A stretch of DNA of 64,000 bases from Candidatus Latescibacterota bacterium (lineage in GTDB: Bacteria; Latescibacterota; UBA2968; UBA8231), in assembly GCA_965204725.1 (NCBI GenBank), contig OZ242005.1:4896001-4960000 (forward strand), in the 5' to 3' direction. Shown here in pieces: positions 37,769 to 47,347 of the stretch. The first letter of the stretch is position 1. Every line of letters begins with the position of its first letter. A program made the translations under genes and the position numbers. Under the pieces are notes generated by a model. That model did not search any database, was not told the DNA's origin, and saw only the letters and a program-made list of their open reading frames with translations.

Positions 37769-39361
37769 CTACGGCTCCTCCCATGGTGCGCTTGCCACCT
37801 CAAACGCCGCGACATTGCGGCTGTCCCGGCTGAACTCCACGGCAATCAGGTGGATCGGCTCGCCCCGAGCGCGGTACTTGTCGGCGTACCGCCGCTCCTT
37901 TAACTGCGCCATGGCCGCGCCCTCGGGCGTCAACTCCACCACTTTGAATTCAAATATGTACACATTGCCGTTGAATAACACCGCCATGTCCAGACGGCCG
38001 TGGTTGCTGCTGTCCTCCACTGTGATGGCAAGCCCCAAGGCCGCGAAATAGGAGTAAAACACGCTCGCGTAGTAGCCCTCGTAGTTGGCGATGTCGTTGT
38101 TCGTGTACCACTCGTAGGGAATACTGGCGAAAAATGCTTGGAACAGCCTGTTAAGCCCCTCGAAGTCGTTCGCCTCCAGCAGTCTGTATAGCTGGACGCT
38201 GTTCTCCATCTGGCGCGACGGGTCCTTTACCAAGCAGCGCAGTAGGCTCCGGTTGAGGCTCTGGCGCACCTCCCGGTTGGGATACCCTAGTCGATAAAGC
38301 GGCTCACCGCCTAGATTTTCCTCGTCGGTGATGGTCAGATAGCCGGTCTGGAACAACAGCGCCTCGGTCGCGATGTCTTCTATATCAAAGGTCGATAGCA
38401 GGTCGCTGGTGCCCACCATCTCGTCGAGTTTTAGGGAACTGACTCGGCGTTTGAACAAGGTCTCGATTAGGAACGTCGGCGTACCGGTCTCAAACCAATA
38501 GGCCCCGAACTGCCGCTTGTCGAAGAGCAGGAGGATGTCGAAGGGGTTATAGACCTTCTCGTCGCCCAGCCAACTGTAACCGTTGTACCAGTCGCGGACC
38601 TCGTCGCGGTCCAAGCCCGGCAGTTCCGGCGCGAATACCGCGTCTATGTCCGCCTCGGTGTAACCGCACACTGCTGAGTAGCGGGCGTCGAGCGTGATGT
38701 CCTTGAGGTTATTGAGGCCGGAAAACAGGCTTACTTTGGAGAATTTGCTGACCCCGGTGAGGAAAGTGAACTTGAGGTGCGCGTCGCGGTCCTTGACCGT
38801 CGCATACAGACCGCGCAGCAAGTCGCGGCTGGCGCGGGCGATCTCCGGCTCCTCTAGGGAGTCCAGAATCGGTTTGTCGTACTCATCGACCAGAACGGCC
38901 ACTGGCTGGCCAGCGCGATCGTGCAGTGCCTCGATCAGCCGACTGAATCGCTCCGGTGCCGTGTCGTATTCCGGTGCGAGGCCGGCCCGACGTTCAAAAG
39001 CGTCCAATTGCGCCATGAGGTTTGTATGTAAGTAGCCCGGCTCCTTGAAGTGGCCGCTGCCAAAGCTCAGGCGCACGACGGGATAGCGAACAGACCAGTC
39101 CCAATGGCCGTGGATGTCGAGTCCTTCAAACAGCACTTCGTTGCCTTCAAACAGTTCCTTCAAGGTGTCGAGGAAGAGGCTCTTGCCAAAGCGGCGTGGA
39201 CGCGACAGGAAGTAGTGCTTGCCCTCGTTGAGCAGCCGCCGGATATAGGCCGTCTTGTCGATGTAGTAGCAGTTTTCTTCGCGCAGTTGGCGGAAGGTCT
39301 GCATGCCGATGGGCAGCTTGCGTCTAGCCGCTTGCTCCGCCCGTATGCTCGTCTGCGTCAT
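37769..39361 (-). CDS. AAA-ATPase-like protein with C-terminal PD-(D/E)XK nuclease domain (PDDEXK_9)
   Basis: LPIGMQTF, YYIDKT, LSRPRRFGKS, LVDEYDKP, WYNGY, YNPF, PNREV, GRLDMAV...IFEFK, QLKERRY. Confidence 0.92.
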   Translation of the reverse strand: MTQTSIRAEQAARRKLPIGMQTFRQLREENCYYIDKTAYIRRLLNEGKHYFLSRPRRFGKSLFLDTLKELFEGNEVLFEGLDIHGHWDWSVRYPVVRLSFGSGHFKEPGYLHTNLMAQLDAFERRAGLAPEYDTAPERFSRLIEALHDRAGQPVAVLVDEYDKPILDSLEEPEIARASRDLLRGLYATVKDRDAHLKFTFLTGVSKFSKVSLFSGLNNLKDITLDARYSAVCGYTEADIDAVFAPELPGLDRDEVRDWYNGYSWLGDEKVYNPFDILLLFDKRQFGAYWFETGTPTFLIETLFKRRVSSLKLDEMVGTSDLLSTFDIEDIATEALLFQTGYLTITDEENLGGEPLYRLGYPNREVRQSLNRSLLRCLVKDPSRQMENSVQLYRLLEANDFEGLNRLFQAFFASIPYEWYTNNDIANYEGYYASVFYSYFAALGLAITVEDSSNHGRLDMAVLFNGNVYIFEFKVVELTPEGAAMAQLKERRYADKYRARGEPIHLIAVEFSRDSRNVAAFEVASAPWEEP

Positions 39362-39586
39362 CGCCGCCACTCCAAGAATCGTTTGCTCTTCATCTTTCTT
39401 AGGCCAATCCCACGCGCCTCATACCGATGGCGGTGAAGTCACCATTGCTTCTTGGGCTTTGCGAGGCAGTTCGACGAGGAGTTTCTCTTTTATCTTCATC
39501 TTTGTACCTTGGATATTATACCCGCCCAAGCAGACAATCTCAAGTCTGCCCGACGCGAGAACGCGAATAGAGGAAGCGAGGAAACC

Positions 39587-40420
39587 ATGACCCAGCCCTG
39601 CGCCCAAGCCATCCTCACCCCCGAGGACCAAGCCTTCTTTGAACAGCAGGGCTTTCTCCTCGTTGAAGACGCCCTGCCTCCCAGCGCGCTCGCCGAGCTC
39701 AACGCGGCCACCGACGCGCTCTACGCACGCGACGCCGATGCCGGCCAGCTCGAAAAGGGCGGCAAGCTCAACATGCGCAACTGCATTGTCGAGCACCCCG
39801 CCTTCCTCCAGCTTCTCGACTGGCCCACCACGGTGCCGCTGGCGTGGCAGCTTCTCGGCTGGAATATCCAGATGCTGACCTCGCACTTGATCGTCCTGCC
39901 TTCGGGCGACGAGCCGGCCGAAGACCAAAAAAACAAGCTCGGCTGGCACCGCGATGGCGGGACCTCGCCCCGCGAGATGAGCGAGCCGCACCCGCGGATT
40001 CTGCTCAAGATCGCCTATGCCCTCAGCGACCAAACCACCCCGGCCTCGGGGGCCACTTGGGTCGTCCCCGGCTCCAATCGCCTGCTCGGGCGACCGGCCA
40101 CAGACCCCACGACCGGCTTACCTTATGGCGCACAGGCAATGAATATCCGCGCTGGCTCGGCCTTCCTATTTGAGCAACGCACCTATCACTCAATCGGCTA
40201 CAACTGGGCAGGGTTCCCGCGCCAGACAGTGTTCTTTGGCTATGGTTATCGCTGGGTCAAACCCATGGACTATATCGCCATGCCCGACGAACTGGTCGCC
40301 CGCTGCAATCCGGTCCAAAAGCAGCTCATTGGCGTCGTCGGCGATCCATTGAGCTACTACTTGCCCCAGGACGAAGACGTACCGCTCAAGGCACTCGTCG
40401 AAACAGAAGCGAACCAATAG
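39587..40420 (+). CDS. Phytanoyl-CoA dioxygenase (PhyH) family protein
   Basis: FEQQGFL, GWHRDGG, GATWVVPGSN, TYHS. Confidence 0.88.
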   Translation: MTQPCAQAILTPEDQAFFEQQGFLLVEDALPPSALAELNAATDALYARDADAGQLEKGGKLNMRNCIVEHPAFLQLLDWPTTVPLAWQLLGWNIQMLTSHLIVLPSGDEPAEDQKNKLGWHRDGGTSPREMSEPHPRILLKIAYALSDQTTPASGATWVVPGSNRLLGRPATDPTTGLPYGAQAMNIRAGSAFLFEQRTYHSIGYNWAGFPRQTVFFGYGYRWVKPMDYIAMPDELVARCNPVQKQLIGVVGDPLSYYLPQDEDVPLKALVETEANQ

Positions 40421-40429
40421 AGGACGACC

Positions 40430-41188
40430 ATGGATATTGCACACGCATTAGATGCCTTGGGCACTCGCGCAGACCTGCTGACCGCGCAGAACAGAAGCGA
40501 TCTCGACGAGAAGGGCTATACGGTACTCCCGGGTATCATCGACGACGAGTGGCTCGCGGCACTGCGCGACCGCTTTGAGGAGTTGTGCGAAAAAGAGGGG
40601 GTCCACGCCGGTATGGAAGTCCATCAGGAGCAGGGCACTCGCCGCCTCTCCGACCTTTGCAACAAGGGGCCGGTCTTTGACCGCGTCTATACCCACCCCA
40701 AGGTGCTGGCCGCCATCTACCACGTCATCGGTCGCCCCTTTAAGCTATCCTCGCTCAACGCCCGCGACGCACTGCCCGGCGAGGGGTTACAGGGGCTACA
40801 CGCCGACTGGGGAGCAGACTACGACGGCCAGTTTCACGTCTGCAACTCGATCTGGCTGTTGGACGACTTTAGCGAAGAAAACGGCTGCACTCGGCTAGTG
40901 CCCGGCTCGCACAAGGGACTGCACCCGCGCCATGCCTTGGAAGACGCGCAAGCACCCCACCCCGACGAAGAGCGGCTCATCGCCCCGGCCGGCACGGTCG
41001 CCGTCTTCAACAGCCACACATGGCACGGCGGCACTCGCAACCAGACCAAGGACCGGCCGCGCCGCGCCATGCACTGTTACTTCACCGCCCGCGAGCACGG
41101 CCAGCAACTCAACCAGCGCGAATACCTGCGCTACGAGACTTGGAAGCGCATCTCGCCAGCAGCGCGCTATATCCTCGATGTGGAGTAG
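40430..41188 (+). CDS. Phytanoyl-CoA dioxygenase (PhyH) family protein
   Basis: LDEKGY, LHADW, WLLDDF..ENGCTRLVPGSH, WHGG. Confidence 0.9.
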   Translation: MDIAHALDALGTRADLLTAQNRSDLDEKGYTVLPGIIDDEWLAALRDRFEELCEKEGVHAGMEVHQEQGTRRLSDLCNKGPVFDRVYTHPKVLAAIYHVIGRPFKLSSLNARDALPGEGLQGLHADWGADYDGQFHVCNSIWLLDDFSEENGCTRLVPGSHKGLHPRHALEDAQAPHPDEERLIAPAGTVAVFNSHTWHGGTRNQTKDRPRRAMHCYFTAREHGQQLNQREYLRYETWKRISPAARYILDVE

Positions 41189-41291
41189 TTTTCGGCGAGC
41201 GGCCCTTTACTTCTGCTATCGCGGCGTTCACATCCATCTCGACTCTGCGTACATTGACCCCAATTCCCCACTCACACTCAGGAGGTGGTAA

Positions 41292-41711
41292 ATGAAACTC
41301 TCACACCCGGTCGTCGATCTGTGCATAGTGTGCAGCAACTTTGAAGAATCGTTGATGTTCTACCGCGACAAACTGGGATTCGAGGTCGCACTCGACATCG
41401 ACATCCCCGAAGGCTTAGCAACGGGGATCGGGCTGGCGCCGCAAGGCTTTAGGCAGGTGCGTCTGCAAGCGGGAGAGACGCTGATCAAGCTGATGGAGAT
41501 CGCCTCGCCGCCGCCCAAGCGAACCGCCCAATTTGCCGCTGGGGTACGCTGGCTCACCTTCTTCGTCGCCGACGTGAAGGCCGAGTGCGCCGCACTGAAG
41601 GCAAAAGGAGTGGAATTCTTGTCTGAGCCGATGGCTGCCCCGGATACTCCGGGCGTCGTCTGTACCCTAGACCCCGACGGAATCCTCATCGAACTCGTCC
41701 AGCGGTCTTGA
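41292..41711 (+). CDS. VOC/glyoxalase family protein
   Basis: FYRDKLGF, GVEF, DPDGILIELVQ; RBS AGGAGG. Confidence 0.88.
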   Translation: MKLSHPVVDLCIVCSNFEESLMFYRDKLGFEVALDIDIPEGLATGIGLAPQGFRQVRLQAGETLIKLMEIASPPPKRTAQFAAGVRWLTFFVADVKAECAALKAKGVEFLSEPMAAPDTPGVVCTLDPDGILIELVQRS

Positions 41712-41739
41712 TCGACAAAGAGCCAACGGTGGAGTCGCT

Positions 41740-42933
41740 TCAGGCATTAAGCCCTTCAAACATCTGTCCGGCGAGATGATAAGCCAGTATCGGTGGGACT
41801 GCGTTTCCCACCTGAGTAAATTGCCTCGCCGGAGCCCCAGTAAAAACAAATTCGTCTGGGAATGTTTGTAAGCGAGCGCACTCTCTTACAGACATAGTCC
41901 GAGGTATATGGGGGTGTAGATGCGACCGACCGCCACCCTTGGTGCCGCCAGCAATGACCGTCTTTGAGGGTAACATCGGGTTCAGCCTATCCACCCTGCC
42001 TAATTTGTCTCTCTTTCCATAGTCCAATTTCATGTATCTTTCAATCGACTCTGCCTTGTGCTCTCTAGTTTCATTGTTGGCTAAACCATCTACCGACTTC
42101 TCTAATGCCTTGCCACATGATACCGTAGAAAATTGCTTCTGCGGAAACTGGAAAGAGCCATCTATGACCCCGACGATAAACACGCGCCACCTATTCTGTG
42201 GAATAAAGAAATTCGCCGCATTCAGTAGGGTGGGTTTTACTACTGTATATCCTAGTCTTGCTAGAATTTGACACGCCTCAGATACTTGGCGACCACCGTC
42301 CAGCGTTAGCAAGCCTTCCACATTTTCGATTAAAAATGCCTTCGGCCTAAATACTCTAACGAGAAATATGTAATCGAAAAGGAGATTTCCGTAACCTTTG
42401 TGATCAAAACCTATCCTTTTGAATTTTTCACCATTCTTTGAAAACCTCTGATTAGCAGCGATACTAAAGGGCTGACAAGGAGGACCGCCGACAAAAACGC
42501 CTGGAAAATTTTCTTTAATACCAATACTCTTTAGTATATCTATGATCGCGTCAGTGTCCCTGACATCACCATTGTATTCAGGAGGGCCAATGACAGTTGT
42601 AGAAAAATTGTCGCGCAATGTATTGCAGAAAATTTCGCTAATCTCTATCATTGCTACCGTCTTGAATCCAGCGAACTCAAATCCTAAGTCGAGACCGCCA
42701 CATCCAGAAAAAAAACTTACTAGCGGCATGTCTTTTTTACGTTTTTTGAACTCACTAAGTGTTTTGTATTTTAAGCTGAATTCAGGAAGTAGATTATCTA
42801 TTCTCTTATTACTTTCATAAACTAATGAATCATAGCTCAATCCTAGCTTTTCTAACTCTGAAGAGAGTTTCTTAGAGTGAGTCTTGCAGTATCTTAAAAG
42901 TTCGCTCTGCTCGTTTAATTTTAGCTTTCTCAT
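41740..42933 (-). CDS. DNA (cytosine-5)-methyltransferase
   Basis: Motif I FSGCGGLDLG, IV GGPPCQPFS, VI ENV, VIII PQNRWRVF, IX R.MSVRECARLQTFPD, X QVGNAVPP; AT-rich DNA. Confidence 0.95.
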   Translation of the reverse strand: MRKLKLNEQSELLRYCKTHSKKLSSELEKLGLSYDSLVYESNKRIDNLLPEFSLKYKTLSEFKKRKKDMPLVSFFSGCGGLDLGFEFAGFKTVAMIEISEIFCNTLRDNFSTTVIGPPEYNGDVRDTDAIIDILKSIGIKENFPGVFVGGPPCQPFSIAANQRFSKNGEKFKRIGFDHKGYGNLLFDYIFLVRVFRPKAFLIENVEGLLTLDGGRQVSEACQILARLGYTVVKPTLLNAANFFIPQNRWRVFIVGVIDGSFQFPQKQFSTVSCGKALEKSVDGLANNETREHKAESIERYMKLDYGKRDKLGRVDRLNPMLPSKTVIAGGTKGGGRSHLHPHIPRTMSVRECARLQTFPDEFVFTGAPARQFTQVGNAVPPILAYHLAGQMFEGLNA

Positions 42934-43433
42934 TTTGCAACACCTGATTTTGCTTTATTATACACAGAAGTGGCTGTATTTTTGTCTGGAAAATCCTCAA
43001 TAGAATTTTCTTTTAGCCAATTTCGATAATACACATGAACACTTTTATGACAATTTGGACAAAGGGGGACGACATCTTGCAGCGAGGTTCCTCCGCTTTC
43101 TATAAACACAGCCGACGAGAGAGGTAAAAGGTGATGTACTTCTAGGATGTTGTCAACCCAATCGTATTTTAGCTTGGGAACGAGCGCACACATGTCGCAA
43201 CTGTATGGAAACGGTAAGCTGGCGAAAAGAGCTTTTCTAAGAGCAGGACTCCGTTCAGTCCGTAAGTGTGTTGTACGCCGCCTTTTTCCTTCAGTAAATT
43301 CTACTTCTACCGGTGACTCTCTTTCAGCGATTCTTGGAATTTTTGCGTCTTCATAAATGGAGGACATTTGGAAAAATTCTTCAGTCCGATCAGAGAGCTT
43401 TGGTCTCCTACTCGGTTGTACGAATTCTGTTAA

Positions 43434-44362
43434 GAGGCTGTCTGAAAACCCATTATGTAGTCGTATTTGAATCGGCGTACTCATCAGGCCATATTCAGGT
43501 TTCACCACAAAATCTGAACAGAAAGGCTCGTATGATGAGTACGCCCAGTGGCCAATATGCAACCGATGTAACCGATGTGCAATGGCAGCAGATCGAACCG
43601 TTGCTGCCGGCTCCGCGGTGGCGCCCCAACGGTCCGGGTCGGCCGCCGCGGGATCGGCGTCCGATCGTCAACGGGCTTTTGTATCTGAACAAGACGGGGT
43701 GTCCTTGGGCGTTGTTACCGGCTTGTTTTGGCCCGTGGAAAACGGTGTATGATTACTTCCGTCGCTGGAGCCGGCACGGGGTCTGGCCGCGGGTGTTGGA
43801 ACGGCTCACCCAGCAGGAACGCCGCCGCAACGGCCGGCCGGCCACGCCCTCGGCGGGCTGTATCGATAGTCAGACCATCAAAACGGCAACCCATGGTAAA
43901 ACAACCGGTTACGACGCGGGCAAGAAGGTTCAAGGCCGAAAACGGCATCTGCTGGTCGACGCCTCAGGCTTGCTTCGACAGGTGGTGGTCACCGCCGCCG
44001 ATGTATCCGATCGAGACGGCTTGCAGCAGGTGTTGACCCGCTTGGGGACGTCCGGCGTAGCCCGGTTACGCAAACTGTGGGGCGATGGCGGCTATCGAGG
44101 CGAGGCGATCCGAACATGGGTGGCCAACCTAAAAAAGACGCACAAGATTGACTTGGAAGTCGTCGCCAAACAAGGCCCCGGATTTACCGTACTCAAACGC
44201 CGTTGGGTCGTCGAGCGTACCTTGGCATGGGTGATGAACTCGCGCCGTCATGCCCGAGATTATGAGGTGTTGACCCGCCATAGCGAAGCCTTGATCCAGA
44301 TTGCTATGATCCACCTGTTACTCAAAAGAATCAAATAGAAAATGGAGTTTTCAGACAGCCTC
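43434..44362 (+). mobile_element. IS5-family insertion sequence (IS1031-like)
   Basis: 16-bp perfect terminal IRs GAGGCTGTCTGAAAAC (43434-43449 / 44347-44362), flanked by TAA on both sides; single transposase. Confidence 0.95.
43532..44338 (+). CDS. IS5 family transposase
   Basis: TD.QW, TGCPW..LP, W.TVY.YFRRW, IDSQ, KKVQGRKRH, DGGY, RWVVERTLAW. Confidence 0.95.
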   Translation: MMSTPSGQYATDVTDVQWQQIEPLLPAPRWRPNGPGRPPRDRRPIVNGLLYLNKTGCPWALLPACFGPWKTVYDYFRRWSRHGVWPRVLERLTQQERRRNGRPATPSAGCIDSQTIKTATHGKTTGYDAGKKVQGRKRHLLVDASGLLRQVVVTAADVSDRDGLQQVLTRLGTSGVARLRKLWGDGGYRGEAIRTWVANLKKTHKIDLEVVAKQGPGFTVLKRRWVVERTLAWVMNSRRHARDYEVLTRHSEALIQIAMIHLLLKRIK

Positions 44363-44743
44363 TAAAGACCTGAATGAAATAACTATCGGGCTGTTCAATA
44401 AAATCATTGGAATCGACAAAGTGCTTGCAGATGCTGCTTACCGCGAGACGGTCTTCTGCCTCGTAAGCAAGCAGAGAAGACGAGAATACGCGCTTGTAGT
44501 TTCTCCAAACCGTATAGTGACTCGGACTAAATGGTAGTCCAGTAATATCCATCAGGCGATCGCGTATTGGATCGTCTCCACGCAGTTCGATTCCATCCAA
44601 CTCACAGAGGGCATTGGCAATTAGTGCAATGTTGCTAAACCTAAAGTAGTCAAGCCGTCCTTGGTCCCATCTCCACTGAGTAACCATACAAAGTATCTTC
44701 AGTTATACGGTTTCGTTGAGCAAATCCACTGCTGACGCTCGCG

Positions 44744-45098
44744 TTACAACGGCTCAAAAAACGTAATCCCGTTCCCGTCCAAATCGAGAATGGTGAATTC
44801 CTTCGTGCCCCAAGGCGTCGCTTGCAGCGAACTGTGCGGGTGAATCACTTCTTCCCGCTGATATTCTGCGTAGAGCGGCTCGATGTTTTCCACCTCGACG
44901 CGGCAGGCGGTTTTTTCGGGGATGTTTTTGTCATCGCATAGCCACAGGTGAATCTCGACCGCGCCGCACACCAGCGTAGTCCTCCGCTTGGAACAGCTCG
45001 GTGAACCCCAGTCGCTGTACGTAGAAGGAGACCGCGTTGGCAATGTTTAGCGCCGCCTGCTTGGGGATCGCCGTGCGCAGTACAGTATGTGTGGACAT
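44744..45098 (-). pseudogene. Frameshifted VOC/bleomycin-resistance family gene
   Basis: N-part MSTHTVLRTAIP...FY..RLGF...YAGVRRG and C-part AVEIHLW...TPWGTKEFTILDLDGNGITF lie in different frames; junction near 44960-44970. Confidence 0.8.
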
Positions 45099-45112
45099 CG
45101 GTTCTCCGGTGG

Positions 45113-46303
45113 TTAGACAGCTTCTCGCTGATAGTACGCCGCGAGGATCTCGGCCACTTCTGGCCGCGCAAACTCCGGCGGCAGGGCCTCGCCAGCGGCC
45201 AGCTTTTCGCGGACTTGGGTTCCCGATAGGAACAGGTACGCGTCGCTGTCGTGCGAGCAGTCGCGCATCATCACCACCTCTTGGCACTCCTCGCACCAGA
45301 CGGTGTGATCGCCGCGGAAAATTTCGATTTCGAGGGCGTCGTCAAGGCCATCGAAAATGGTCTGCGCGTCAAACGCTCCGTAGTAATCGCCAACGCCCGC
45401 GTGGTCGCGCCCCACTATCAGATGTGTGCAGCCGCTGTTCTGGCGAAAGATAGCGTGGAGCACGGCCTCGCGTGGGCCGGCGTAGAGCATGTCAAAGCCA
45501 TAGCCAGCGATCAACACGGTGTTTTCCGGGAAGTAGCACTCGACCATCTTGCGGATGGAGGCGTCGCGCACATCGGCTGGGATGTCGCCGGCCTTTAGCT
45601 TGCCCAGCAACATGTGGATGAGGATGCCATCGGCCTCAACGGCCTGCTGCGCCATGCGACATAGCTCTTCGTGGGCGCGGTGCATGGGGTTGCGGGTCTG
45701 GAAGGCCACGACCCGATTCCAACCGCGCTCGGCGATTGCGGCGCGTAGCTCAACTGCGGTGCGGAAGGTTTGGGGAAAGTCGCCGGGGAAGTACGAGAAG
45801 TTGAGCACCTCAATCGGCCCGGCGATGAGGGTGTCGCCCGCGGCCTTAAAGGCAGCGACTCCGGGATGAGCGTCGTCGGCCGTGCCAAAGACTTGGGCGA
45901 TGATAGCGGTGCGCTCCGCGTCCGACAGCGGTTCGACCGCTGTCACTGCTTGGATGGCAAGGGCGGGATTGCCGTCCACATTGGGATCCAACAGGGCGAT
46001 GCGGCTGCCGGGACCGATGGCAGCGGGAACCTGATCGCCGGGGACTAGGTTGACGACCGGGGTGGGCCACAGCAGGCCGTCGGCAGTGTGCATGTTGGCA
46101 GCCACGCTCTTGGCCTCGCTCGCGTCCATAAAGCCTGTGAGCGGGGTAAAGTACCCTGAGCCGAGCATGACGGCTGAGGAGGCCGCGGCGGAAGAGACGA
46201 CGGTAGAGGGCAGGTCGGCGGCTTCTGCTAGAAGCTGGGTACGCACGGCATCGTCTTCGACATAGAGCGGCTTGAGTTCTTCTGCGCCATGGGGTTTAAT
46301 CAT
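45113..46303 (-). CDS. sat: Sulfate adenylyltransferase (ATP sulfurylase, Sat type)
   Basis: VVAFQTRNPMHRAHE, MLYAGPREAVLHA, THLIVGRDHAGVG, LSGT.VR, PPEFARPEV. Confidence 0.95.
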   Translation of the reverse strand: MIKPHGAEELKPLYVEDDAVRTQLLAEAADLPSTVVSSAAASSAVMLGSGYFTPLTGFMDASEAKSVAANMHTADGLLWPTPVVNLVPGDQVPAAIGPGSRIALLDPNVDGNPALAIQAVTAVEPLSDAERTAIIAQVFGTADDAHPGVAAFKAAGDTLIAGPIEVLNFSYFPGDFPQTFRTAVELRAAIAERGWNRVVAFQTRNPMHRAHEELCRMAQQAVEADGILIHMLLGKLKAGDIPADVRDASIRKMVECYFPENTVLIAGYGFDMLYAGPREAVLHAIFRQNSGCTHLIVGRDHAGVGDYYGAFDAQTIFDGLDDALEIEIFRGDHTVWCEECQEVVMMRDCSHDSDAYLFLSGTQVREKLAAGEALPPEFARPEVAEILAAYYQREAV

Positions 46304-46328
46304 GCGTATGCTCCATTGGTTAGAGTGC

Positions 46329-47192
46329 TTAATGCACGGGAATGCCGGCTTCGGCGAGAATGCTGTGGACATTGGCGGCGGCTCTGGGGTATTTCTCGTT
46401 GGGCAGATGCTCTAGGAGCATGTAGCCGTCGGGATGGGCGTCGTGCCACAGCTCGAGCGCGGTAAAGAGGTCGAGTTCGCCATCGCCGGGCACCTCCTCG
46501 TCGATGTGGAGCACCAAACCGTTGGACAGCTTGATGTCCTTGCAATGCCCGACCGCGGAGATGGGGTTCATAATTGCAAAAATTTGCTGCAAGCGCTCGG
46601 TGCTGTTGTACACTTGATCTAGGTTCTGGAAGTGGTTGACGTAATCCATGACCACGGTCATGCGCTCGGAGCCGACCGCTTGCAGCACATCGCGGTTTAC
46701 TTCCGGCGACCCCATGATGGTGAGCAGATGCGTCTCAACGACCATGGTGACGCCTGCGGACTCGGCTTTGGCGGCCACGCGCTTGAGGGTCTCGACGAGT
46801 AGGGCGCGGGCCTCGGGTGTGAGATTGAGCGGCGACGGCGCGTACGAACCGGCCGGGTTGAGGCTGCCGGTGCGGATTAGGCAAGTGTGGGCAGCCAAGT
46901 CGCGGGCGACCTCAATGCCGCGCTCGATTTTGCCGACGACTTGGTCGCGCACTGCGGGGTTGGGATCAAACAGGCACTCGGAAAAGCCAATGCCGAATTG
47001 GGGCAAATCCATGCCCGCGGCTGCCATGGTGTCGCGCACCTTGTGGCACTCTGCAGGGGTGACGGCAAACAGCGATTCCCCGGGGGCGTGAAAGGCCGCG
47101 CCCGTGAGATTGAGTGCCTTGATCGCCGCTAGGTGTTGGTCGCTAATTGCGCGAAAGTCCGGGGGCAACATGCCGACGACGCCGAGCCGCAT
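46329..47192 (-). CDS. Sugar phosphate isomerase/epimerase (TIM barrel)
   Basis: MVVETH, MDYVN, HCKD, PGDGELD, MLLEH. Confidence 0.82.
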   Translation of the reverse strand: MRLGVVGMLPPDFRAISDQHLAAIKALNLTGAAFHAPGESLFAVTPAECHKVRDTMAAAGMDLPQFGIGFSECLFDPNPAVRDQVVGKIERGIEVARDLAAHTCLIRTGSLNPAGSYAPSPLNLTPEARALLVETLKRVAAKAESAGVTMVVETHLLTIMGSPEVNRDVLQAVGSERMTVVMDYVNHFQNLDQVYNSTERLQQIFAIMNPISAVGHCKDIKLSNGLVLHIDEEVPGDGELDLFTALELWHDAHPDGYMLLEHLPNEKYPRAAANVHSILAEAGIPVH

Positions 47193-47347
47193 AGGAAAAA
47201 CTCCTTTGTTGAGATTGTGTAGTAGAAAGGGGCCGAATCGCCTCAAAACTGACCAATGGCATGAGCAACGTCAACACGCGAGGCGTTTGCCCAACCGGAG
47301 CGGGAAGCCTACCTTGAACCCTTTAGCCCGTAACTACTCAACGAACC

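Larger units (their letters stand above)
42930..44687 (-). pseudogene. HNH restriction endonuclease gene interrupted by an IS5-family element
   Basis: N-terminal part 44363-44687 (MVTQWRWDQGRLDYF...); C-terminal part 42930-43433 with CDMC...LEVHH...LCPNCH; stop overlaps the methyltransferase start. Confidence 0.85.

Noticed and set aside
38669-38680. CACTGCTGAGTA resembling the junction arm
   Set aside because: Lies inside the intact AAA-nuclease CDS with no partner arm; treated as chance.
43313-43562. Extended starts for the transposase (43313) and the HNH fragment (43562)
   Set aside because: Both cross the IS boundary at 43434 and are chimeric read-throughs.
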